A stretch of DNA of 53,546 nt from Caldilineaceae bacterium. Its GTDB lineage: Bacteria; Chloroflexota; Anaerolineae; Caldilineales; Caldilineaceae. The stretch covers positions 1-53,546 of the forward strand of contig JAPPAJ010000340.1 of NCBI GenBank assembly GCA_026705565.1, written 5' to 3'. Shown here one piece after another: positions 31,604-39,917 of this stretch. The notes below the pieces were generated by a model, which was not told the DNA's origin, searched no databases, and saw only the letters and a program-made list of their open reading frames with translations. The position numbers and the translations under genes were made by a program. Every line of letters begins with the position of its first letter. Within the stretch, counting starts at the first letter, position 1.

Positions 31604-32004
31604 GCACCGGACTTGGCCGGTGCAGATTGTGTACCAGCCCCCTTTTTTGCAGTGCTCTCCCTCACCTTCAAGCTATCTCACTGGATTGTAGGGGTTGCTA
31701 CCGGTTGATCTGAGTGTAGAGAGTCCAATCCCTCCAATTGCACTGGTTTGATGCTGAAGTCGCGGCAGGCCATCCAAAGCGATGGTCGGACAACTGGAAC
31801 TGCCCCTCCTACTGGAGGGGTGCCACCGGAACTTGTACTCGAGCATATCCGCAGGCAATCGCTCATATCCACGTCCACAAGGGCCCGCGCCAGCCGTCGG
31901 TTGTATCCCATGCCCGAGATGTTCAGTGTCTCGACTATCACCGTGTCGCCGCGCTTGGCTGTTGCTGTGGTGGCCCTTGTGTGATGGTGTCCCGACGCAT
32001 TGTC
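31604..32004 (-). pseudogene. TnpB (IS200/IS605 OrfB) remnant: C-terminal third with frameshifts, plus right-end hairpin
   Basis: AKRGDTVIVETLNISGMGYNRRLARALVD matches the RuvC-II region. MLEYKFRWH appears in a second frame and GGAVPVV.RPS in the first. The perfect hairpin GCACCGG-ACTTGG-CCGGTGC at 31604-31623 lies ~5 nt from where nuoN homology begins. Confidence 0.65.
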
Positions 32005-32505
32005 TTAAATTCGCGCTAGGATCTCAGCCTTCTTGGATTCAAACTCGGTATCTGTCAAAACACCGGATGTGTGGAGCTTGCCCAACTGCTCCAGAAGCGA
32101 TACGGGATCGTCTGCTGGCGGTGGGGCTTGTGTGGCCGCCGACTTGGTGGCTTCCATCTGCGCCTTGACAACTTCTACAAACGCGGACACGTTGCCTACC
32201 TGGATCCACTTCATCTTGGCGCTGTTGCCAGACGCGAAGAAGTTGATGTAGTGGCCTAGGAATCCTTTGCCCATTTCTAGCGACGAGATGTTGCCGTAGG
32301 GTACCGATTCTAGGTCGAAGCCGGTCAGTTTCTTCGCGTAGAACAGGAGGCGTTGGTTGGTGGCGATGAAGATCCCGTCACGGACAGAGTCCGACCCCAT
32401 GCGCTTGATCTCGTATGAGCCAAGCACCGACGCCAACGCGTCCTCTCCGGGTGCGAAGTGGTCCTTTGCGTGCTCTAGCAACTTGTCGATCTTAGCCATT
32501 TCCAT
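32005..32505 (-). CDS. bacterial PH-domain (YokE-like) protein with C-terminal SHOCT domain
   Basis: 166 aa. The N-terminal region GIFIATNQRLLFYAKKLTGFDLESVPYGNISSLEMGKG has the bPH pattern. The C-terminus is LLEQLGKLHTSGVLTDTEFESKKAEILARI, a SHOCT motif. GAGAGGG lies upstream, and the region looks more AT-rich than the flanks. Confidence 0.75.
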   Translation of the reverse strand: MEMAKIDKLLEHAKDHFAPGEDALASVLGSYEIKRMGSDSVRDGIFIATNQRLLFYAKKLTGFDLESVPYGNISSLEMGKGFLGHYINFFASGNSAKMKWIQVGNVSAFVEVVKAQMEATKSAATQAPPPADDPVSLLEQLGKLHTSGVLTDTEFESKKAEILARI

Positions 32506-32644
32506 ACCCTCTCATACCACTCCAGTATGATCAAGACATTCCAGTGCCCCTGAGCGGGGCTTTCCGGATCTGGCTGCCATACTTTCAAGATCGTGCCCAG
32601 CGTCACGGACATGCCTGCTGCAACCGAACGACGTTGGGCTCATC

Positions 32645-34108
32645 TTACAGGCCGGGTACCGTCAACAGGCCCATGAAGAAGGCCGGAAAGACCCCGATGG
32701 CCAGGACCATGACCCCGGCCAGCACCATGCCTACCTGCATGGCCGGCGAACTTTGGGGCGCATGGACTTCCTGCGGCCGCTGCTGGAAGTACATCGTGAC
32801 CACGATGCGCAGGTAGTAGTAGGCGCTGACCGCGCTGTTGACGACCACGACCGCAGCCAGCCAGGCCAGGCCTCCGTCCAGGATGGAGCGGAAAATCAGG
32901 AACTTGCCGAAGAAGCCGGCCAGGGGCGGAATGCCGCTCAGGCTGAACAGGAACAACGCCATGAAGCCGGCCAGGATCGGCATGGCGGCTCCGGTGCCGC
33001 GCAACTGGCTTCGCTCCACGTCCGTCTCGACGCTGTGCTCGATCGCCATCACGATGATGAAGGCGCCGATGTTCATGAAGGCGTAGGCGAACAGGTAGAA
33101 CAGCGCACTGTTCACGGCCGTTTCCGTGCCCGGCACCAGGCCGGCCAGAACGTAGCCGGCGTGTGCGATGCCGGAGTAGCCCAGCATGCGCTTGATGCTG
33201 GTCTGGCACAGGGCCGTGACGTTGCCGACCGTCATCGTCAATACAGCCAGGACAATCAGCGGTCCCGTCCAATTCTCGAATCCGTACGGGAATGTCATCA
33301 GGAAGATCCGGACCAAGGCCCCGAACATCGCCGTTTTGGTGCCGACCGACATGAAGGCGGTGACGGACGTGGGAGCTCCCTGATAGACGTCCGGGGTCCA
33401 CATGTGGAACGGTACCAGGCTCAGCTTGAACCCGAAGCCCACCAGCAACAGGGCAATCCCCGCCCACAGCAGAACCGCGCCCGGACCGCCGTCGGCCGCC
33501 GCCTGCAGGGCCGGTCCCATGCCGGCGAACGACACGGTCCCCGTGACGCCGTAGATCAGGGCGGACCCGTACACGAAGAACCCGGAGGCGAAGGCTCCCA
33601 GCAGGAAGTACTTGAGGCTGGCCTCGGTGCTGGACCGGTTGTGCCGGTACATGCCCGCCAGGAGGATCAGGCTGAGCGAGAAGGTCTCCAGGGCAATGAA
33701 GAGCACCATCAGGTCCGAGGCGATGCCCATGGCCATCATGCCCGTGGCCGACAGCAGCAGCAGGGAATAGTACTCGCCCGGGTACCGGGTAAAGGTCGAC
33801 ACGTAGCGGGAGCCGACCAGGAGAACCAGAATCGTGGTGGCCAGCACGATCAGCCGGATGCCGAAGCTCAGTGCGTCGGAACGGGCCGAGTCCTGGAACA
33901 TGAGCCCGGACTCCCCGCGCACCGCGAAGGCCGCGACGGCGGCTCCCGCGGCGACAATCAGGGACAGGGCCAACAGGAGACCGCTGCCCCGGTTTGCGGC
34001 GTCGCCGCGGTGGTTTTCGATGCGTCTCAGGGCATCCACCATCAGCACGACGATGGCGCCGCCGGCCATCACCATTTCCGGCAGGATGGCACTGTAGTTG
34101 AGGTTCAT
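32645..34108 (-). CDS. nuoN: NADH-quinone oxidoreductase subunit N
   Basis: 487-aa polytopic antiporter-like subunit and the last gene of the nuo operon. Confidence 0.93.
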   Translation of the reverse strand: MNLNYSAILPEMVMAGGAIVVLMVDALRRIENHRGDAANRGSGLLLALSLIVAAGAAVAAFAVRGESGLMFQDSARSDALSFGIRLIVLATTILVLLVGSRYVSTFTRYPGEYYSLLLLSATGMMAMGIASDLMVLFIALETFSLSLILLAGMYRHNRSSTEASLKYFLLGAFASGFFVYGSALIYGVTGTVSFAGMGPALQAAADGGPGAVLLWAGIALLLVGFGFKLSLVPFHMWTPDVYQGAPTSVTAFMSVGTKTAMFGALVRIFLMTFPYGFENWTGPLIVLAVLTMTVGNVTALCQTSIKRMLGYSGIAHAGYVLAGLVPGTETAVNSALFYLFAYAFMNIGAFIIVMAIEHSVETDVERSQLRGTGAAMPILAGFMALFLFSLSGIPPLAGFFGKFLIFRSILDGGLAWLAAVVVVNSAVSAYYYLRIVVTMYFQQRPQEVHAPQSSPAMQVGMVLAGVMVLAIGVFPAFFMGLLTVPGL

Positions 34109-34147
34109 CGGTGCGATTCCGGTGCAGGCCGGCCTGATCGGATCCGG

Positions 34148-35608
34148 TTAGGGAAGCAGGATTTCAACCGCCGGCACGATGTGGTCGAGCAGCAGGTTGG
34201 GATAAAGACCGATCACGAAGAACATGATCACGAGCGGCACGATCATCATCAGTTCGGAGCGCTGCAGATCCGGCAGCACCCCCACCTCGTTTTCCTGATG
34301 CCTGATCTCGCCCTGGGCCAGCTTGCGGAATGCCGTCAGCAGGTACCAGGCGGCCAGGATCACACCCGTGCTGGCCACGGCCGCGGCCGCCGGCGAAACC
34401 TGCCACGTGCCAAGCAGGATGGTGAACTCGCCCACGAACCCGTTGAGGCTCGGCAGGCCAACGCTGCTCAGGGCCGTAATCAGCAGCAACCCGCAGTAGA
34501 CCGGCACGCTCTTCCACAGGCCCCCGAAATCGGAGAACAGGCGGGTGTGGCGACGTTCGTACAACAGACCCACCATGAGAAAGAGGGCGCCGGTGCTGAG
34601 ACCGTGGTTCACCATTTGCAGCACTGCGCCGCTGACGGCCTGTGTGTTGGCCACGGCCAGCCCCAGCACAATGAAGCCCATGTGCGAAACCGAGCTGTAG
34701 GCCACCAGGCTCTTGACATCCTGCTGCTTCAGGGCCACCAGGGCTCCGTAGACGATGCCGATCAGCGAGAGCATGATCAGCAGGGGCGCATAGCTGGCAA
34801 AGGCCTCGGGGAAGAAGGGCATGGCCAGGCGCAGCAGGCCGTAGGTGCCCATCTTGAGCAGGACCCCGGCCAGGATGATGGAGCCGGCCGTCGGTGCCTG
34901 GACATGGGCGTCGGGCAGCCAGGTGTGGAACGGAAACAACGGGATCTTGACCGCAAAGGCCAGGGCAAAGGCCAGAAAGCCCAGTACCTGGAATGTGGAT
35001 CCGGCGGTGGCCGGCAGCGTGGCGGCAATCTCGGGAATGGAGAAGGTGCCGGTCTGGACGAAGATGGCCACAATCGCGACCAGCATCAGGGCCGAACCCA
35101 GCAGCGTGTACATGACAAACTTCAGGGCGGCGTAGACCCGATTCTCGCTGCCCCACTGCCCGATCAGGAAGTACATCGGGATCAGCGTGAACTCGAAGAA
35201 GGTGTAGAACAGCACCAAATCCTGGGCCAGGAAGACGCCGACCATGGCGGTCTCCATCAGCAGCAGCAGGGCGAGGTGCTGGCCGAGCCGGTCCGACACA
35301 AAGCGGTTGCTGAAGCCGATCGCGATCGGCATGATGAAGGTGGTCAGGAGCACCAGCCAAACGCTAATGCCGTCCGCCGCCAAGTGCAGGGACAACCCGA
35401 TCTCCGGGAACCAGGGGCGCTGGAATGCCAGCACGGCCTCGCCCGCGGTCAGGGCGGACCCGTCCTGCAGAAGGCCCAGACTGGCCGCGAAGGTGGCCAG
35501 GGAGGCCAGCATGGCCAGCGCCTTGCGCGATCCGTCGGAGCCGAGCAGCGCAACCACGACAGCGCCGGCCAACGGCATCAGGAGCAGGAGAGGCAGCAGG
35601 AAATCCAT
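34148..35608 (-). CDS. nuoM: NADH-quinone oxidoreductase subunit M
   Basis: 486 aa. The NuoM/ND4 pattern is present (FFEFTLIPMYFLIGQWG, HTWLPDAHVQAPTAGS). Confidence 0.94.
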   Translation of the reverse strand: MDFLLPLLLLMPLAGAVVVALLGSDGSRKALAMLASLATFAASLGLLQDGSALTAGEAVLAFQRPWFPEIGLSLHLAADGISVWLVLLTTFIMPIAIGFSNRFVSDRLGQHLALLLLMETAMVGVFLAQDLVLFYTFFEFTLIPMYFLIGQWGSENRVYAALKFVMYTLLGSALMLVAIVAIFVQTGTFSIPEIAATLPATAGSTFQVLGFLAFALAFAVKIPLFPFHTWLPDAHVQAPTAGSIILAGVLLKMGTYGLLRLAMPFFPEAFASYAPLLIMLSLIGIVYGALVALKQQDVKSLVAYSSVSHMGFIVLGLAVANTQAVSGAVLQMVNHGLSTGALFLMVGLLYERRHTRLFSDFGGLWKSVPVYCGLLLITALSSVGLPSLNGFVGEFTILLGTWQVSPAAAAVASTGVILAAWYLLTAFRKLAQGEIRHQENEVGVLPDLQRSELMMIVPLVIMFFVIGLYPNLLLDHIVPAVEILLP

Positions 35609-35641
35609 GGCAAACGGGTGTGGACCGTCAGGGATGCTGGA

Positions 35642-37522
35642 CTAGACCGCCAGCCAGAAGACGACCACCAGAATCGTGGCGCCGACAAACAGACTGAGGG
35701 CGTACGTGGGCACTTGGCCATTGTTGACGCGTCGCGCCTGGCGGCTGAGGTTCATCGCCAGCCGTGCGCTGCCATTGACAATGCCGTCGATCAACATCTG
35801 GTCCACCACTTGGGCAAACCACCGGCTCGCGGCGTGCAGGGCGGGTACGAGGCCATCGTCGTACAACGCGTCAAGATACCATCGGCTTTGGGCCGTTTTC
35901 GTCAGCGGTTTCATGGTGGCCTTGACGGAGTCAATCCAGCCGGCATGGCGGTACGTACTGCGAATCAGCCACCAGCCGGCGACCGCAACCACGGCACTGA
36001 CGGCCAGCAGGCTGATTTCCAACTGCAGGGGCGGTGGGGCATGGTGGCCGAGTACTCCTTCCAGGGCGTGCTCCAGGGTCAGCAGAACCGGAAGGTTCAG
36101 CGCACCGCCCACGGTTGCCAGCCCGGCCAGGATCCACAGCGGAACCATCATCAGCGCGCCGCTTTCGTGCGCGTGGCTGTGAATCTCCTGATCCCGGGGT
36201 GTGCCATTGAAGGTTAGCCACCAGGCCCGGAAGGCGTACACCGCCGTGATCAAGGCGGTGATCAGGCCCACGGCATACAGCAGCGGACTCTTTCCGAACG
36301 CAGACAGCAGGATGGCGTCCTTGGAAAAGAAGCCGGAGAAGATGGGAATGCCGGCCAGTGCCAATACGCCTATCAGGAAACAGCGGGCCGTGCCCGGCAT
36401 CTTCTGTTGCAGGCCACCCAGCTTGCGCATGTCCAGTTCATGGGTTGCGTGCTGGACGCTGCCGGCGCTCAGGAACAGGAGCGCCTTGAAGAAGGCATGC
36501 GTTACCAGATGGAATATGGCGAGGGCGAAGGCGCCGGTTGCGGCCCCCAGGACCATATAGCCCAACTGGGACACGGTCGAGTAGGCCAATACCTTTTTCA
36601 AATCGTGCTGGACCAGGGCCATGGTCCCGGCGACGAAGGCGGTCCCCACCCCAACCCAGGCGGCGGTGGTCGAAGCCGGGGCCGACAGCTCCCAGAAGGC
36701 GTGGGTCCGGGCCATCAAATAGATGCCGGCGGTCACCATGGTGGCGGCGTGGATCAGCGCCGATACGGGCGTGGGGCCCGCCATGGCGTCCGGCAGCCAG
36801 ACGTACAGGGGGAACTGGGCACTCTTGCCGGCCACGGCCAGCAGGAGCAACATGCAAACCGCGGTGGCCGGGATGGCGATGCCCGCCTCAAGTGCATGGA
36901 AGACCTCATTGAACTCCAGGGAGCCCACGATGGACCAAATCAGGGCCATTGCCAGGATCATGCCCACGTCGCCAATGCGGTTCACGATGAAGGCCTTCTT
37001 GCCGCAGTCGGCGAAGGAACCGTACAGATCGTCCTTGCGATCGAACCAGAAGCCGATCAGCAGGAAGGACGCCAGGCCCACGCCTTCCCACCCGATGAAC
37101 AAGGTCAGGAAACTGTCGCCCAGCACCAGCAGCAGCATGGCCAGGATGAACAGGTTCAGGTAGAGGAAGAAGCGGTTGAAGTGTTCATCCCCCTCCATGT
37201 AGCCGATGGCATAGACGTGAATCAGGAATCCAACGCCGGTGACCACCAGCACCATTGTCAGACTCAATGGGTCCACCAGCAAGGCCATGGGGACATGAAG
37301 GGAACCCATGTCAATCCAGTTCCAGAGATGAACGGTGGTGCCGTGGTGGTCGTGGTTGCCGAACACGGCCGGTGCCATGGACAGGGCCAGCAGGAAGGCG
37401 ACCCCCACCGTTCCACTCGCCACCACCGCGGTTGCGCGCCGGCCGATCACGCGGCCCAGGACGAGGTTGATTAGCATCCCGGCCAAGGGCAGAAGCAGCA
37501 ACAGCCAGGCAAGGGAAATCAT
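35642..37522 (-). CDS. nuoL: NADH-quinone oxidoreductase subunit L
   Basis: 626 aa. The NuoL/ND5 pattern is present (FIGWEGVGLASFLLIGFW, YVWLPDAMAGPTPVSALIHAATMVTAG). Confidence 0.95.
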   Translation of the reverse strand: MISLAWLLLLLPLAGMLINLVLGRVIGRRATAVVASGTVGVAFLLALSMAPAVFGNHDHHGTTVHLWNWIDMGSLHVPMALLVDPLSLTMVLVVTGVGFLIHVYAIGYMEGDEHFNRFFLYLNLFILAMLLLVLGDSFLTLFIGWEGVGLASFLLIGFWFDRKDDLYGSFADCGKKAFIVNRIGDVGMILAMALIWSIVGSLEFNEVFHALEAGIAIPATAVCMLLLLAVAGKSAQFPLYVWLPDAMAGPTPVSALIHAATMVTAGIYLMARTHAFWELSAPASTTAAWVGVGTAFVAGTMALVQHDLKKVLAYSTVSQLGYMVLGAATGAFALAIFHLVTHAFFKALLFLSAGSVQHATHELDMRKLGGLQQKMPGTARCFLIGVLALAGIPIFSGFFSKDAILLSAFGKSPLLYAVGLITALITAVYAFRAWWLTFNGTPRDQEIHSHAHESGALMMVPLWILAGLATVGGALNLPVLLTLEHALEGVLGHHAPPPLQLEISLLAVSAVVAVAGWWLIRSTYRHAGWIDSVKATMKPLTKTAQSRWYLDALYDDGLVPALHAASRWFAQVVDQMLIDGIVNGSARLAMNLSRQARRVNNGQVPTYALSLFVGATILVVVFWLAV

Positions 37523-37560
37523 GGGAGCGGGAGAGCGGGTGGTCCGAAGGCCGCAGGGGC

Positions 37561-37863
37561 TCAGTTCCGGAGCAGGTTAAGGGTTTCGATGTTGATGTTG
37601 CGCACATGGCGGTTGTGCGCGATCAGGATCGCGAGGCCGATGGCCACTTCGGCGGCCGCCACGGCCATGATGACGAAAACGAATATCTGCCCTTCCAGGT
37701 TCCCCCACATGCGGGACAGCGTGATCAGTGACAGGTTGACGCTGTTGAGCATCATCTCAACGCACATGAAGATGATCAGGGCGTTGCGCCTCAGCAGGAC
37801 GCCGGTCGCTCCGACCACGAAAATCAGAGCGCCCAGCACCAGGAAAAGATTGTTGCTGTCCAT
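37561..37863 (-). CDS. nuoK: NADH-quinone oxidoreductase subunit K
   Basis: 100 aa with three TM helices. The ATG overlaps the nuoJ stop (ATGA). Confidence 0.93.
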   Translation of the reverse strand: MDSNNLFLVLGALIFVVGATGVLLRRNALIIFMCVEMMLNSVNLSLITLSRMWGNLEGQIFVFVIMAVAAAEVAIGLAILIAHNRHVRNINIETLNLLRN

Positions 37864-38381
37864 CAGCCGGTCGGCTCCTCGACCGGCTCCCCGGACTCGC
37901 GACGGCCCATGATGAGCGCGCCTATCAGGGCCACCAGCAGCAGGATGGCCACGAACTCGAAGGGCAGCAGGAAGCGCGTGAAGAGTTCGGTGCCAACCGC
38001 CGCCGGGGAGCCACCGGAGGCAATGCCGCCGCCGGTGCCGAGTTCCAGTTGTCCTGTCAGCTGCAGCACCAGCGATGCCAGCAGAATCAGACCCAGCACG
38101 AGGCTGGCCACGGCCGGCCGGGTCAAGCCCTGTTGGCTATGGTCGGCGGGATCGTGTCCGATCAGCATGATGACAAAGAGAATGAGGATCACGATGCCGC
38201 CGGCATAGATGATGACCTGGGCCGCGGCCAGGAACTGTGCGTCCAGCAGGACATACAGGATCGCCAGGGTGGCGAAGTTGGCCATGAGGAACAAGGCACT
38301 GTGGACCGGTTTGGCGGACACCACCACGCCGATCGCGGCGGCCAGGCTCAGGGCGCCGATCAGGAAGGCAAAGACGGACAT
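37863..38381 (-). CDS. nuoJ: NADH-quinone oxidoreductase subunit J
   Basis: Trimmed to the ATG at 38381 (MSVFAFLIGALSLAAAIGVV...). The upstream part of track ORF 37863..38708 overlaps nuoI out of frame and is Arg-rich noise. Confidence 0.9.
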   Translation of the reverse strand: MSVFAFLIGALSLAAAIGVVVSAKPVHSALFLMANFATLAILYVLLDAQFLAAAQVIIYAGGIVILILFVIMLIGHDPADHSQQGLTRPAVASLVLGLILLASLVLQLTGQLELGTGGGIASGGSPAAVGTELFTRFLLPFEFVAILLLVALIGALIMGRRESGEPVEEPTG

Positions 38382-38410
38382 GGTGCGGAGCGGAGAACCT
38401 TCGGTGCGGG

Positions 38411-38884
38411 TCAGGCTTCGGGCCGGATGATGACCTGTGGCTCGTCGGGGTTGAGCAGTGTGTCCTTGGTCAGGATGAAGTCGGACCGTTCGTAGTTGGC
38501 CATGGCAAAGTCGTGCCCCAGAACGATGGCCTCGGTCGGGCAAGCCTCTTCGCAGTCCCCGCAGAAGACGCAGCGCAGGAGGTTCACCTCGTAGGTCGTG
38601 GCGTAGCGTTCGCCCGGTGAGACCGGGTCGTGCGGATCGTTCTCGGCGGCGTCGACGTAGATGGCGTTCGTCGGGCAGGCGGCTTCGCACAGCATGCAGC
38701 CGATGCATCGTTCCATGCCGTTTTCATAGCGCCTGAGCTCGTGCTTGCCGCGGAACCGCGGATAGACCGGAATGGCCTCGTGCGGGTACTCCACCGTAAT
38801 GGGTCCGCGGCGCAGGTTCTTGAGCGTGATGCCCAGGCCCTTGGCGATTTCGAGTGCGCCCTTGATGTAGCCGTTGACACTCAT
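38411..38884 (-). CDS. nuoI: NADH-quinone oxidoreductase subunit I (2x[4Fe-4S])
   Basis: It has two ferredoxin motifs, [12 protein letters not shown] and [12 protein letters not shown]. Confidence 0.95.
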   Translation of the reverse strand: MSVNGYIKGALEIAKGLGITLKNLRRGPITVEYPHEAIPVYPRFRGKHELRRYENGMERCIGCMLCEAACPTNAIYVDAAENDPHDPVSPGERYATTYEVNLLRCVFCGDCEEACPTEAIVLGHDFAMANYERSDFILTKDTLLNPDEPQVIIRPEA

Positions 38885-38923
38885 GACGTGGGTCCCTGTC
38901 GAATGGGTTGCCGGGAATGCAGC

Positions 38924-39913
38924 CTACTTGAGAAAGACCGTTATGACCGCGGACACGGTCAGGTACACCAGGCCGGCCGGAATCATGAACTTCCAGTTGA
39001 AGCGCATCAACTGGTCGAAGCGCGGCCGGCTGATGCTGGCCCGGATCCAGATGAACAGGAACAGCAGGGCCAGGACCTTGATGAACAGGTAAACCGGGCC
39101 CAGCCAGATGTACCGGTCCGCCAGCGGCCCCTGCCAACCCCCAAAGAAGAGCGTGGCGACCACCGTGCTGGTCGTGATCATGTTGATGTACTCGGCCATC
39201 ATGAACATGGAGAACTTCATGCCCCCATATTCAGTGAAGAAGCCGGCCACCAGTTCGTTCTCGGTCTCCGGCAGGTCGAAGGGCGACCGGTTTGTTTCCG
39301 CCAGGATGGAGGTGAAGAAGAAGGGGAAGGCGAGCCAGATCCAGATCCACTCCCACGGAGCCCGCGGGGTTTCCACCAGTTCGACCAGGCTGAACGTGCC
39401 GCCCAACATGGCGATGCTGACCAGGAACAGGCCCAGCGGAATTTCGTAGGAAATCATCTGTGCCGCGGAGCGCAGGGCGCCCAGCAGCGAGTAGTTGTTG
39501 TTGCTGCTCCATCCGGCCAGGATGACGCCGAAACTCTCGACGCCGGTGATGGCGAGGATCCAGAGGAAGCCGATGTTGACATCGCCCATGGCCGGCACCC
39601 CCTTGGCGATGGGGATGACGGCCCAGACAATCAGGGCCGGGGCCAGGGCGAGCATCGGAGCCAGGACGTAGACGAACTTGTCGACATGCCCCGGGATGTA
39701 CTCTTCCTTGAACATCGCCTTGACGGCGTCGGCGGCCGGCTGCAGCAGGCCGTACGGGCCGGCGCGGTTGGGACCGATGCGCACCTGGAAGCGCGCGATC
39801 AACTTGCGCTCCAGCCAGGTCAGGTAGGCGAACCCGGTGATGACCACCAAGCTGAGCACCACCGCCTGGATCAGGTAGATGAGCAGTTTCGGCATGACGT
39901 CCACCGTCGGCAT
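38924..39913 (-). CDS. nuoH: NADH-quinone oxidoreductase subunit H
   Basis: 329 aa, with ERKLIARFQVRIGPNRAGPYGLLQP and AETNRSPFDLPETENELV. Confidence 0.95.
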   Translation of the reverse strand: MPTVDVMPKLLIYLIQAVVLSLVVITGFAYLTWLERKLIARFQVRIGPNRAGPYGLLQPAADAVKAMFKEEYIPGHVDKFVYVLAPMLALAPALIVWAVIPIAKGVPAMGDVNIGFLWILAITGVESFGVILAGWSSNNNYSLLGALRSAAQMISYEIPLGLFLVSIAMLGGTFSLVELVETPRAPWEWIWIWLAFPFFFTSILAETNRSPFDLPETENELVAGFFTEYGGMKFSMFMMAEYINMITTSTVVATLFFGGWQGPLADRYIWLGPVYLFIKVLALLFLFIWIRASISRPRFDQLMRFNWKFMIPAGLVYLTVSAVITVFLK

Positions 39914-39917
39914 TCGC

